Part shown: piece by piece, positions 1 through 15,000 of the stretch
Numbering within the stretch: the stretch's first letter is position 1
Layout: each line of letters opens with the position of its first letter
From: Phoronis australis
Lineage: Eukaryota; Animalia; Phoronida
Reading direction: 5' to 3'
Assembly: GCA_002633005.1 (NCBI GenBank)
Contig: NMRA01000311.1
Span: forward strand, 197,839-261,838
DNA: 64,000 nucleotides
The notes under the pieces: generated by a model
Database searches by the model: none
The model's input: the letters and a program-made list of their open reading frames with translations, nothing else
Told to the model about the DNA's origin: nothing
Translations under genes and position numbers: made by a program

Positions 1-3000
1 TACTTGTTACAAAGAAGTTCTCAGGTAAGGGGGGGGGGCTAGAAACGTGTGTTCGATCAAAGAAACTTGATTTGGACCACATGCTGTACAGTTATACTTA
101 TCTCGGTGAATAGTTGAGAAGTAGTTTCCGTGTTTTTTTAAAAACTGACTGTTGTTTATTGCTTGAGACCATGTACATAAAGTGACCCACCATTACAAGA
201 CAACTTGTAAAGCCTGCTCTAAACCAACAACAGTTGTCAGTTCTTTCAAAGTCCTGAAATCACCTCTAATTTAATTATGGAAGGAACCATCTGAGATCAA
301 TTTAACTAAACAGTCTAAATCCAACGTGTTTGATTGAAGGCTGGTAAATGCTAATCAATATTAATCGAATCATTGAAGTGTATGTGCTAATCTTTGGACT
401 TGACGTTTTAAGGTTTTTACAGTCTAGATTGAATCATATTATGAATCATGTTTGATTTTAATTTTAATCTTGTTATTGAGCTGGTGTACAGCTAATATTT
501 CAAGTGCACTTATCAACGTTATCAAAGTATTTGTTCTGAGGATGAACTAATGGAATTTGTTGAACATGTTTTTGTATCTGTTGCAGGGAATGTCCTTTGG
601 CTGTGGATGCCATGAGGGGATTATTGAGTCTTGGCATTAAAGGTGCGGATGTCTCCTCCCTTGTATCTCACTCCGCTGGACATACGGAATGGTAGGGTCT
701 CCTTTATATATGAATTCTTTAGTAATGTCTATAATAGCTTAGCCTGCTGCTGGGACTGTTTTTGTCATAGAACAGACTTGTGAGCTCATTCACATGAATA
801 AAGAGCAGTACACTGTGCTCCACCGAGGTTGAAAACATTTCTTGATGTCAAGATGGCAACATTTAAAGTAATTCTTCACATACTCAACACACAGTATGGC
901 GGACAAGTAAAATTTCAGTATCTGATGAGGATATTTTCGTGAACAGCGTCACCTGGTATGGTCTCTCTCCTGGCGGTTGTTCATGCATTTGCAGGGTAGG
1001 TCCATTCAAGACCATTTTTACACCAACGTGGCTTGAAAATAACTGGGAAGGAAATAGCTGTAGATAATACCAATATTAACTATGCAGAAAATTACCCATT
1101 TTGGTTGAAGATTTTGGAGTCTCTGTGTATCTGTTTCGAAAAACCTGTGCTGAAGGTGCAACTCACAAGAGTTTACTGCACGCTGGGTTCTCTCAGCCAG
1201 GGGCTTGTAGGCTTCCCGCTGTGTTGTATACAGATCCACTGTATGTACGCTTATCTACCTGCTGTCACAGTTGATTTCATTTCAAGCACGTTCATTTTAC
1301 TCTGAGTCTGATGAGGCAACATGGACAACAATGACTTTCGGATGGATCCGGCGAATGCTGTGCCTCCTTTTGGCAATTGCATTTTTTCCATTTTCCTTTG
1401 TTTTCTTGAAGTACATTGATGGATTTTTATGAAATTTGGTAAATAACTTTCTATTGAAGAATTGACAAAATGTTCCTGTTTTCAGATGGATTCGACGTGT
1501 TTTGTGCCATCTACAATTTTCATGTTTTTCAGGTTGTCATTGTGGATCAGAGCCAAGGCTAATACTTCGGCACGAGACTACACCAGTGCAATAAGTGCAC
1601 TGCGAAATCTCAACTCTAAGGTCTGTCATTTACTTTAAATCTTTTTGCCCTTGTAAAGAGGGGAAGCCAACATCCTGTTATTGTGTTCGGTAGACATGAG
1701 ATGTCTGGGGAAATTTCGACGTCTACAAAATTTACGTCATTGTTCCATAGCTGTATTTTGATGCTGCTTTTTATACAGCTTGCTGGCTGGCTGGGCTCAG
1801 GCCTCTTCGTGTAGATTGTTTTGTATCTGGGTAATAGTAATTTCCTCTTTTTTGTCATCAGTCATTCCAAACTCAGTTTGTGCTACTCAAATGCTAACTG
1901 TTGTGGACCATTCAGAGTTTAACTTAGTAGTTGGGAAATGAACACACTAAGGTGTTACGTAGATTGGCTATTCAGTGGCAGTGTGACTTGCCAGTCATTA
2001 ACACGAGGTAGTATTCTCACATTGCAGTTCTCCCTACATGATTGTCCAGAAACGTTGTCAAGTCTAGCCATGAATTATTTGTACAGCGGTGAGACTACAC
2101 TAGCCACCAAGCTACTGCTGCAGGTAAACTCTACTGCTGCAGGTAAACTCTACGTTGCACATTTCTGTATTCGTCATCATCACGTTTGAGTGACATCGTG
2201 CTTTCCATAATTAGTGCAGCATTCACACGGGACACGAGAGCATGATCCTTCTACAGCTAGTCATTACATCCAACTGATCTGCTCAAGAAAACTATAGACC
2301 ATAATATTTACTTGTGTGACCATTGTATGAAAGGCATTTCGCAATACTTATGTCTGTGTTTTGCCATTGTTGAACTATCAATGGTGCATTTTTAATCAAA
2401 GGACTTTAGGGTTTAAAAACATTGTATGTCAATTCAATCTTCAATTGTTGCCAAATGAGCCAGCAATTGAAGTGATAGGCATTTGGTAACTATGTATGCC
2501 ATTATCAAATTCACAATTTTAGGGTTGGATGTTTTCCATTATCTTTTTAGTATCAGAAGCAGAACCCTATCGCGATAAAGACTTATAAGATTTCATTCAG
2601 AGATTAAAGGCTCTAATTATTTTTTTCTTTTTGGCTTGCTATACAGAATGAATTGCAGCTTTATTTTTGTGAACTAGAAAAATAAACTAATGCTCCATAG
2701 TGGCGCAGGCTAGTTTTCCTTTCTGGCTGGCTGCAGCCACCTTGACCCAGGCCAGGCCATGATGGGAAGGTCATAAGGGTTTACACAGATGACCAAACAG
2801 CCTATGTTGGCCACTGAATTCAATGGGCTATTGTGTGCGCATTAGGAAACTTGTTCATTCATTTGAACAATATAGTGAATTTTCCCTTGCTCAAGTTGGT
2901 CCAACTGAGTCTTTATGGCCCTGAACAGAATTGGAGCTGTATTGTTTCTTGAAGAAGATAAATCATTTGAACCCATAAAAGCTTGGTGCATTTGAGCCAC

Positions 3001-6000
3001 ACTTAACACGGCGCAGCCATAAATGGTATGTGGACACTCGGAGACTACCTGCCCTTGAGCGAACATTTTAAGCTGTTAACTCTTCATGGTCAAGTAAGAA
3101 ATGAATGACACTTCACATATAATCCACTTGCTGTGTTGATCTGTTCTCATCAACTATAACTTTCTAAGTCATTAACAGATCACTCACAGCTATTTTTGTT
3201 TTAAAGTGGGGAGTTCTCTTGGACTTTTGGAGATTTGTGAGTTTTATTATAACGCTGACCCTTTTATATGATAGCTGACTACTCAATATTAATTTTTCAA
3301 TTGATTGATCGGGTGCGTTGCTGAAGACTTAGTGTATATCCGAATAGAAAGTGAGGATACTTTCTATGTCCTACTCTTAGTTTAGTATAAGCAACATTTT
3401 ACCCAGGTACATGATATGGACCCACTCTACACTAAACACATGGACACGATGGCTTACTTACTGATGAAGGATATGAAGCTGAAACAGCTGGAGAGGTAAG
3501 TTGTACTCACATTCTTTGTTCAATAATGGGGACAGAAGATGAATACAGTCACTTTTGATTGAGATAGTTCACTAAACGCGTTGAAGTCAATCTCAGTTGC
3601 TTCTGTTCAGTAATAGAATTGTGCCGTGATAAGAACTTTCCATCAGTCACACTTTGTTTTTCTTCCAAACCATTACATTTTAAATAGCTTAAGAAATCTT
3701 TGGTGAAACTTGACTATTAATGTTATCTGATTTTAAATTCCTTTTGTATTTTTTATCAGTTTTTATTGTTTTCTTTCTTTCAACTCTCATATGTGAATTA
3801 TGACTTTAGCGGTTTCTTGCAATGATGATTATGTTTTTTCCATTTTAAATATAGCCGAGCATCACAGCTGATGGCAGCCAATGATAATGCTTCTGAGTCT
3901 TGGGTTGCCATGGGATACTATTGCTTGATAAACAAGGAACCTACTAAAGCTGTCTATTTTGCTCATAAGGTACTTTTCGATGTTTCCTTCACCAAAACTG
4001 TTATTGAAAATACAATTATAAATCGATCCTGTCTGTCAAAAAGCCAACCTTTAATTTAGGCCACATACCTTTGGAAACTCAATCTCATCTTGTACCTGTT
4101 TTCATTTCTGAAATTATTCCGTCGGAGCTTTCTCTCGTTAGATGACTTTACATGACTATGCCGGTTCTGAATGTCCGATGACAGCTCCTTGCTCCTTTGT
4201 TAACTGCTGAGCGCAGTCTTTTATCCGGTATAACAACACGCAGGCGAATTATTTAACATACTTTAAAGAGTTACTGAAACCAAACAGGCCTACCTTTGGA
4301 ATAGATTGTTTTAGCTTCGGTTGGTGATTCTAAAACTAAAAAACGCTTGACGAGGAATTCAGAATTGTCATGGTTTATGTTCAAACTGTTTATAACTTGT
4401 CTTCATGTTTAGCAGCGCAGCCCTGTGAGACTAGATACGATCTTATCCAAGATTATAGGAATTATTGAACAAAAGAGAGCCGACCCTCCAACCATGAATT
4501 CCACAATGGAGTTAATCAGTATCGTGTAAGATACTGACTTCACCCGTCAACTTGCTAACTTGTTTGTTTGTTATCCGATCGAACAAGCGAACTTCCTAAT
4601 GTTTTGGCTTAAAAGGACCTGACAGTTGTATGCTGCCAGATTAGACTCCCTTTGTTTGCTTGTCACAGTGGGTTAGTTTCAGCCACAGAAGCAGTACGGT
4701 CATCGGAACAATTCCAGTTTATCTTATTGCAAATAATATCCACTCAAATAAAGGATAAGAATGCAATATGGTTGCTATAGAGGGACAAATATGCCTGTGA
4801 ACAGTTGTTTTTTGGCACGACTTTAAGCTAAGTGACGTGCAGTCTTCATTTTTCAATTTTCCCCTTCTTTTGGTCCTTATTAACACACACAGCAAGTAAA
4901 ACCATGTGTTTGGCTCTATTGTTCACAGAATGACCGATTCAAGTTTCAACACAGTTCACTCTTAGTAGCGAGTTGGTTGTTGTTATTTTATGTCTTTTCG
5001 TAATGTTTGGTGATAAAGGGAGATATTCATTTTTTCAGTGAAAAATGCATTTGATGGGATTATTGTTGGGTGGGACGGGCACTTTGTGATTTCATTACAA
5101 ATTGCTAATTCTCGCCGTTGTCTGCCAGACATTTGCTAAAAACAGTTGAATATGCTTAAATTACTCTGTCATTTATGAAGTGAGATTTAGCTCAGAGTGT
5201 TTTATTGCTGCCGCGAAGGCTCCCGGTTCAAATCCCTGCTGGGGCTGCTCTCACCGGTAACGTCATTTTAAATTGAATGCAGTGTTCCATTCCCATGTGG
5301 GTAGTTATGGAGTCTTTAGTGGCCTTTGGTTTTGGCTATTCATATATTGGGTACTTCTCAAATGTTGTTAATCTTTGTTTATTGTGGACAGGGTTGTTTG
5401 CTGAATCCCAGGAATGTTGAGGCACTTTTGTTGAAAGGGTATGGCTTGTTGGACCTTAAGAAACCTGTCGTGGCTAATGAGCATTTCAGAGAAGCACTGA
5501 AGGTGGCCCCTTACAGATATGAATGTCACAAAGGTATTTAACCCTTGTGTTGTTCGAGTCACATTGGTATTGAAAGTTCGTTCAATGAAAACTTGATCAT
5601 TATCTAGTCACACCACTAATGTGAAGGAATCACCATTTTTACTTCCAAAAGTTCCCATTACCACATTCTCGATCAAACTTCATAGCTTAGGGTTCAAGTT
5701 TGGGACTTTCCATTATGCAAATTTAGCTTTTGTAACATGCCTTACTCTTTTCCTCTGGCGTTGAATTAAGACATCCATGGATTTGTGGAAAGTTTGCAGC
5801 TACTTGTGATGGTGCTAAATTGCTAATCATTATATTGAATATTCAAAACTTTAACTTATAGCTGGCCAAAGATAGAGTAATTGCTGGAGACCCTTATTTT
5901 CCATGATCATAGTGGAATCTGACTATGTTTTGAATGGAATTCTCATATTTCAGTTAGTAGGCACTATAATTCTATTTGTCATTTTGAATTACCGAAAGTA

Positions 6001-9000
6001 ATGAATACAATCCATCAAATTGGTAACCGAGACTGATTCTGGCTAGCAAATCAATCAACGATCATTTTGCAGCACATATGTGTCTAAGTAACTCTCATTC
6101 ATTCTGAAGAAAACGTTGCTGTTTTTCCTTATTTTTTTATGGGGATTTTTGTTGCTGTACTGCAGCACAGACTTTAAATGGCTTGATGTTTTTGTTCGCA
6201 GGTATAATTGACAGCTATTTGTCCAATCAGAAGGCACGAGAGGCTGTTGTAGCTGCTGGTTATGCCTACAAACAGCTGGGGAACAATGCAAGATCTTTGA
6301 CAGTAAGGGAACCAGTTCATTGTAACTAATTATCCTGGTGTAGATATTGTGTCCAGACTGACACAGCCACTGTCCAGACTGACACAGCTACCGTCCAGAC
6401 TGACACAGCTACCGTCCAGACTGACACAGCCACTGTCCAGACTGACACAGCCACTGTCCAGACTGACACAGCCACTGTCCAGACTGACACAGCCACTGTC
6501 CAGACTGACACAGCCACTGTCCAGACTGACACAGCCACTGTCCAGACTGACACAGCCACTGTCCAGACTGACACAGCCACTGTCCAGACTGACACAGCCA
6601 CTGTCCAGACTGACACAGCCACTGTCCAGACTGACACAGCCACTGTCCAGACTGACACAGCCACTGTCCAGACTGACACAGCCACTGTCCAGACTGACAC
6701 AGCCACTGTCCAGACTGACACAGCCACTGTCCAGACTGACACAGCCACTGTCCAGACTGACACAGCCACTGTCCAGACTGACACAGCCACTGTCCAGACT
6801 GACACAGCCACTGTCCAGACTGACACAGCCACTGTCCAGACTGACACAGCCACTGTCCAGACTGACACAGCCACTGTCCAGACTGACACAGCCACTGTCC
6901 AGACTGACACAGCCACTGTCCAGACTGACACAGCCACTGTCCAGACTGACACAGCCACTGTCCAGACTGACACAGCCACTGTCCTGACTGACACAGCCAC
7001 TGTCCTGACTGACACAGTTACTCTGGTTACTGAAACATTCATTCATTCAGGTTAAAAATGTGTCTACAATGTATAGATTAGATCTTTAGAATGAATTGCA
7101 AATGTTTCAGTTGTGAAATGGTTTGGCTTTGCATTATCAAGGATGAAGCTTGGAAATTCAGATTATTCGTGAGTTAAAAGCTTCATTTTTTGCTATGAGG
7201 AGCAAACTTTTAGATTACAGTAAAATTCTCCAATTTGGGGCAATTGTTCAAGTTACCATTTTTCTGTTTTTCAATGGCTTATCATGGGTGCGTATATTGA
7301 AAATTCTCCCAAACATTGTTGGTTATGGTTTTAATGTACAAACTATGCTAAAAAGCAACGGAAATTTTTCTACAAAATTGTTTTATTTGTTGAAAAACTG
7401 TACAGAGTGATATGTCACCCGTCTGCCATGCTATGCCCCAAACTGAAGAATTTTACCGTAATTATTTTTTCATCTTCATTGATGACAAAGGTACTTTTAT
7501 GTCAGGAACTGTTATCAGAAGGTTCTCTTACAATGGAATAGACCTGGTGAAAGTTAGTGTCTCACTAGTGATTTTGTCCCAGTTTCAGTTGTGGGTGTGC
7601 AATCTCTCAAAAGGTCCGTAGTATCTGTTAATGCAAAGCTGCTACTTGTAGTTATGCAGTCTTTGAGAAGTTTCATCTTTATGTGTCTTATGCCGCTGAA
7701 AGTTTTTAATGTCATTTAGTGAAAATTCTTCCATTAGGGAGTATTTTGTGTTCTTCTGTTTTTCGAAATCTTACGGTACTACATTGCCTTACATCATGGT
7801 AAGTTTACCAAACTTTGTTGGAGGACAGCTGTACTGAACAGAGCAGGTTAGCAATGAATTGTTTTTGTTGTGAAATATGACAAATATCACTTTTCCACCA
7901 CTGAGTTTTTTCTACTTTAAACTTCATCTCCTCCCAGCTGTATGCCTCAGTGCTGGCCAAAGACTCCATACCAGTGACTGCTGACAAGGCCAAGACTTAC
8001 CTTGAGAAGGCTCTGAAGCTAGACCCTGAACACTTAGAGGCTGTCTACTGCCTGGCTCATATATTCTACACTCAAGACCTGTTTGATAAAGGAATAGAGC
8101 TGTAAGTTGTCTATCTTGCTTGTGAAGTCAGTGCACCGACTGGTAAAACCGCTTCCTGTATTTCACAACCTCTCCGTTTTGGCTCAGGAGATGAGATTGT
8201 CTAGTTAAGTGCCTCTTATGTTTTAATTTTGGATTCAATAATCCTCTTTGTTTTGAACGTAGCCATTTTTTGACCCGCCAAAGCAGTGCTCAATATGTCT
8301 TTTAATTATGATTGTGTTCATCCATATTGTAAAGTGTAAAAGGTTGTTGACAATGATGGAGATGACGAGTCCATTGAAGCTCATATCTGATTATCAGTAA
8401 ATGTGTCGTTTTCTGATTCCTTAGACATTCTCACACGAAATGGAATCCTCGAAAAATGTTCAAATTTGACAAATTTGGAACATCATATCTCAAAAATTTC
8501 CGATACTATGCTTTATACAGTGTTGTAAGAATCAGTTCTTAAACTGTTCTGCTGTTGCATGATGGGTTAATTGTTACAAAGCAAGATGACGAAGTGATAG
8601 GATGAAGCAAAATGTATTTTCTTTTTCTTTAAAACTCAAATGCACACGTGCCAAAATACTATGTCATTTAATCAGATTTCACGCACTGTACACGTTTTCA
8701 CGTACTACAAAATGTCACTATATAACCTGAAATTTGGAAATGATATCGAATCTGTTGTTCTGCGATCAATGTACCTTTCCTTTGTGCTAAATTTTACTAA
8801 AAAGACATGGGCACTTGACCAATTAAGTACTAGTCCATGAGAGCACCAGCCATGAGCGGCAAGGTGGGGGTCAGCCGATTTTCACCAAATTTGGCACATA
8901 GGTAGTCCTATGGGATCTATAAACAGCGGTAAAATATTTCCTCAAAATATTGCGTTTTTCTCAAGTTATAGGCTCAAACACATTTTACGGCTTTGCAGCC

Positions 9001-12000
9001 ATGTTTTCACGCTATAAAAACTGTCCAGTTTTAACTGTTCATATTTTTCCTTGAATGAAAGCTATTGATTTATTATTCACTGGGCATTGTTAAGTGGTGC
9101 CTGTAGATTGTTACACAAATGTCTTGAAACACGATTCCGATTTACCACCCTCATTTAGTAGTTTTACTACACTCCCCCCGTTATGCCATTTTGAGGTTGT
9201 GTTCAGTACACTGCTGTACCAAATCTGCCCCCACTGTTATGAGAATGAAACTTAGCCAAAATGTTGACAAAGCATGTTACTTTCATTTCATAAAATAAAA
9301 ACTTTGTCAGCCAGTTTATTAGTTATATATTTTGGCACCTCAAATGTACTAAAATGAGAAATTTTCATATAACTGAAATCGATGCGTGAGCACCGTAGAA
9401 TCAGATTGTCCTTCATGTTTTTCGATATTTTGCAACACTTAGTTCCTCCTGAATGTTTTAAACGTTTTACTACTGATCACTTAGGGCTATAGTACCCCTA
9501 AATACCACACATGGCTCCATTTTGTAAAAAGCTGATTATGTCCTCCTCAGTGAACAGGGTTAGACATGAACTCGACAAATGTAGGTTACTTGTATTTTGA
9601 TTTACAGTTGTTTTACTTTGCAATTTCCTCATGGGTATTTCTTCACACATATTCAAGTCAGATTTTCTGTTGATCAAATGTTCATGTAATGCATTGCAAT
9701 ATCAAATGAATGATAAGTTAGGTTGCATGACCGCAATTTTTCCCACGACTTAAAACAAAAGACCGCAGAAATTTTCCTGACGAAATACCGGGTTTGCAGT
9801 TCTGTAAAAACATTCGAATGACAAGACAAACTCCACCACTGTCCATGGCAACTCGTCGCATGTTTTTCGCCCATCGGTCCTATCATTGTTTTCCTTTGTT
9901 GTGTCANNNNNNNNNNNNNNNNNNNNNNNNNNNNNNNNNNNNNNNNNNNNNNNNNNNNNNNNNNNNNNNNNNNNNNNNNNNNNNNNNNNNNNNNNNNNNN
10001 NNNNNNNNNNNNNNNNNNNNNNNNNNNNNNNNNNNNNNNNNNNNNNNNNNNNNNNNNNNNNNNNNNNNNNNNNNNNNNNNNNNNNNNNNNNNNNNNNNNN
10101 NNNNNNNNNNNNNNNNNNNNNNNNNNNNNNNNNNNNNNNNNNNNNNNNNNNNNNNNNNNNNNNNNNNNNNNNNNNNNNNNNNNNNNNNNNNNNNNNNNNN
10201 NNNNNNNNNNNNNNNNNNNNNNNNNTATTGACAAGCATGAAAGTGCTTCGTGAGTGCCTTATGTCCCTGTTGAATGCCTGTAGTTTAAGGCTACATAGCT
10301 CATTATTGACAAGCATGAAAGTGCTTCGTGAGTGCCTTATGTCCCTGTTGAATGCCTGTAGTATAAGGCTACATAGCTCATTATTGACAAGCATGAAAGT
10401 GCTTCGTGAGTGCCTTATGTCCCTGTTGAATGCCTGTAGTATAAGGTTACATAGCTCAGTCTGTGTATTTAGTCAAATATCTGCAAAAATATAGATTTTA
10501 AACGTATTAAAAGTATAATTATGTTTTCTAAAAATAGAAAACCTGTATAATTTTATTTTTGACTTTTATTAATGTGATATTAATATTGTCCCGTGACCAC
10601 GTCTTTGTGGTAAAATTTACAAAAAGTACAATGATAGCAAAACACCGGTATCACTAAAAGATCAATTTTCATTTTAATACAAATGTTTGAAATGAAATCT
10701 AGAAATTGCTATTACATTTTTCTAAAATATCATCTCATTTAGTTGTATGCCACTTTAGGTTTTTTCACAAAAACTATGTAAGCTCTATTTTTGATAACCC
10801 TTCATGCAAAAGTGGAACATTTTAAAAAATCCTAAAATCGTTTTGGAGACCTGTGCACAAAGCATAGTATTTGAAAGTCTCATATAAATCTGATCGGCCA
10901 TTTCTGAGATACACTGAAGTTAACCAAACTCGGACATTTTTCTGATGACACGGGTTACACATTTGAGATTGTGGGAATGAAGGTGGTAGTGATTGGTTTG
11001 AAAGGGGTGTCCGAGGGGCTGCGAGGGTGAAAACCAAGAATCAATTCCTGAATAGACTTATCAGTTTCGGACTCTGACATCTAGGAACACCAGAAGAAGG
11101 CGATGTAATTTTCGTAGAAACAAGTCAGTCATCACTTCAAAAGAGCCAGGCTGCCTTAGTCTATAGATACATTGCAGCGAGCCATGCTGTTCTGCTTTAA
11201 CTGGAGGTCAATCCAGCAAGTCTTTGGTTTTTTGTTGAAGTGATTTTTTTTCTAAATTTGAATTGCCGACCACAGTGGCCCCGATCATTCATGGTGCTGA
11301 GGTTTACCTTAGCATAGTTTATCAATTTTTGAAGGGCCAGAAATTAAGGAAGTAAGGTCACTTTAGTGATATTCTCTTGTGTGGGCAAAATGGTCCCAAA
11401 AAAGTTCCTCCCATGGGGGTGTTTTCGAGCAGCTCTCTTTTCTTGCTCATTCTTATGTTAAGTTAAAATTTTGTTCATTTCAGAATGACTTTGACTTCAG
11501 TGACATGGAAAGTGCCTGGTCAGTCACTGATGCAACAGACTTTACATGAAGGTCAAGAATCAAGAATTATGTGACTCTGGACTCGGGGTCTAATTTCTGT
11601 TTTCGAAACTTGACCATTTGCATGCCATGTTGTGTCAGAGTAAAGTTACAAATAAGAATTTGAATAATGAAGGTTGAAGTCTCGAGTCAAAGTCAAGTCT
11701 GTATTCAGAGGTTGGAGCGTGATGAACCTGTGAATGGAGGCTGGTCACTAGTGGAACCTTCCAGTACAACCTGTGAATGGAGGCTGGTCACTAGTGGAAC
11801 CTTCCAATACAACCTGTGAATGGAGGCTGATCACTAGTGGAACCTTCCAATACAACCTGTGAATGAAGGCTGGTCACTAGTGGAACCTTCCAATACAACC
11901 TGTGAATGAAGGCTGGTCACTAGTGGAACCTTCCAATACAACCTGTGAAGGATGGCTGGTCATTTGTGGAGCCTTCCAGTACAACGTGAAGATAAGACAT

Positions 12001-15000
12001 AACGTCTAGTTTGCATGTTGTGGTTCATGTGAATAGAATATCTAGATGTATTTGAGATTTGTAACTGGTTTGCTTTCTGTATAATTATAACTTGTTATGT
12101 ATTTTCTCCCTTGACTCATCGTTTACGTTACAAAGTTCTCCAAGGAGAAAATCTAAGCCATTGACATTGAAGTGTCATTGACCAGAGAATAAAAATTAAA
12201 CCCACAAATGTGTATACCTAACTACTTTATTTCTGAGACAACATATTACAGAGGTATAAATAGACATAAAATGAAAAAACATTTGATAAGAAATCCTTGC
12301 ATATATATTAATATCAACACTAGACACACCTTTATGCAATCTACAAAGAAACAGAAAGACAACTAATTATACTGGCACTTCCAACACAGAATTTTCGGAA
12401 TTAACAGTCCGTAACATTTTTAATGGAGGCCAATAAACCAAGGCAAACAATTTCAAAGATACCAAAAACCATTCAAAGATTCAAATTTTTGATGCTCAAA
12501 CATTATTTAAAAGCCATTATAAAATCACCATCCATCACAAACAAAACTTATTTAGACCATTTACTGGTATGAAATTAGGTCTCACATTTTTCATAAGTAA
12601 AATTAGAGGCTGGGAAAGATGAGGGCTGTTCCAGTAAAATCTGTATGGGAGTGGGGGAAGGCACCTTTTTTCGCACCCACCACCCATATTTTTCATTTAT
12701 TTCTTCAGCCTACCACCCGTAATTTTTTATAAGTTTGAAATGCAACCACCAGTAATTTTTTTTTGTTCTTGTGGTTGACTGTACAGGCGCTTGAGTTTAT
12801 CTGTTCCTCCATCACCACTAACGTCATTCATTACTAAGAAAACGTATGTTTCTTATATATGGTTATTAGCCATCGAGAAATTCGAGCACCTGTGGTTAAA
12901 TGGTGTTATGGGCATGCTGAAGAGGAGATCGGAGGGAGTGAAAAAGTCGGAGCTTTTTGCAAGTTGCATTTTTGTTTCAGTTTTTGATTCTGCGCGGATT
13001 GTTTATAAAATTTACTAAAATTACCCACCATCAAACATTTATGGCCCAATGAAACAACAACGACCTGTAAATTTTTATTTTTTTGAAGTACGACCACCAG
13101 CCATTTTGAATTTAAATCAAACGCAACCTCCCATAAATTTTTATTTCAGTTGCCTTCCCCCCTCCCACACAGATTTTGATGGAACAGCCCTGAGACGATT
13201 ATTGCTCGAGTCGAGGCTCGACATGTTAGCTTATCGTGGCATGTCATTGTTATGCACCAAGCTGATCTCAAGGAACAAAGACCCGTTAGTTCTTGACGCA
13301 CTGAACAATTATTTCTTATCCAATAAAGAACAGGTGGAGATCTACTTTAAAGCAGTAAGTGATCTAACTTAAAAAAATCACTTCTCTGACAGAACGCAGG
13401 TTTGTAGATGCTTTGATTTAGATATGCAAACACATTAACATACAAACTCATTTAATGAAGGAGCTAATCGTAACGTGATAATGGAATAAACACAGCAAAT
13501 ATCTTCCTAATTGCCAATTTATACAGCGGGGGAGTGTTCAGTACTGTGGAAACCACACACACAACGATAAACAAGACTAAAGCTAAAAAGATTCTATTTA
13601 CAGACATGGATAAAAAATCTGTAGGTCGACTTTTCACACAGCATGGGGCTATATTTGGCACAGGCTGTTACCATGATAAAATGTGACTTATGCACATTGA
13701 TCAGAGGGAGAATAATGTCACAAAAATAGGAAGAAAACCTGAGTTCATACTACTTTTTTAAAATCACATATAAATATTTGTTACATGTAGTGACAGCATT
13801 CAAGTGACAGTGACGGTGGATTAGTGGAGATTTCACACTGCAAAACAACAGTGTAAAATTGGGGAGGTGAAAATTAAATTTAAAAGCAAAAGATACATTG
13901 GCGCATCTAAAGCGGACCAATTTTATAAATATATCACTCTGTGATGCACTATAGTAATAGGGACTTTCATAAATTTTACAGGAAGTCTCCCGACACGAGA
14001 AATCTCAATCAAGGAATTTGCCTAAACCTAACATAATGGTCTCTTTTACAAAAAAAAAACATCACAACAGAACAATCCATGGTTACGCTCAGCTTAAAAT
14101 TAAAACTGTTTTAATACGAAAAACAAACAAAACATTTTTAGATAAGTCATAAAGGCAACAAGGCGATCGTTATGTTCAGCTCTAAGTTTTGATTTCACAT
14201 TTCGCACTCTTACTGCCCGGTTACCATGGCAACTGTTGGGAAAAGCAGCCTCGGGATTGCACGAACAAGTAGAGTCCTCTCTATTACACAGCGCCAGGAA
14301 CTTGCTTCAACACCTGGAAAAGCGTACAAAAATGCTACAGACATAATACAGCGTAGTAATCCAGAGAGAAAAGTGAGATCATGAGAATTTGGCAGTTATT
14401 GAGACATACACAAAAACCTTAATTGCCACCAGGTGGTGCTACAGTAGCTGGGACTCGTCCCGAAATCAGTAGGAGCCGTACTCTTCTCAATTGTCACACA
14501 TGTATAAATTTCATGATGCAGAAAAACAAAACAAAACTGAAACTAGGGGCTGCCACGGTTTTCAAACACGTTGGAAAATCAACGCCAACTGTGCTCTCGT
14601 CAATACAAACACATCTGCCAAAGTCAATGATTCTTCTAGCGGCTCGGCCACTTGAGAGACAGATGCCAAAACAGATTCGAAAATAATAAAAATGGCCACT
14701 AGGGGTGCTGGCTCTCCAATGAATCCATTCAAAATTTAGATGTCACCACAAAAAAGCGCATTGTGCCAAATTTCACAAAATTTCTCAAGATACAGACATT
14801 ACTGGTGTGGTCAATCTGAAAGTTGCTGTCATCTGTCATCAGCTTAACAGGAATATCACTGCCAAATTTCCCAATATCCCACATGTGCATATGTGGGTGC
14901 GCATAAAGTGTGGGCACAAGTTGAGTTATCAATTGAAGGGCGAAACATTTGGTGACAGTGAATGATATTACATAAAAATGAATCTTTCCAAAAATACACC

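Noticed and set aside
915-950. Hammerhead-like cores (CTGATGAG at ~922 and ~1308; CCGAAGA..GAAAC at ~61850-61875 on the minus strand)
   Set aside because: The GAAA or CUGA core is broken and stems I and III could not be formed.
6326-7046. 238-aa repetitive ORFs (VSVWTVA / SLDSGCV / SRLTQPL)
   Set aside because: Stop-free 21-bp intronic minisatellite, open in several frames, with no splice context.
8809-9906. Possible DNA-transposon end running into the gap
   Set aside because: Looks repeat-like but no matching terminus or TSD was found.
9674-10494. Long X-rich ORFs (also 25541-25942 and 38107-38803)
   Set aside because: Artefacts of N-gaps.
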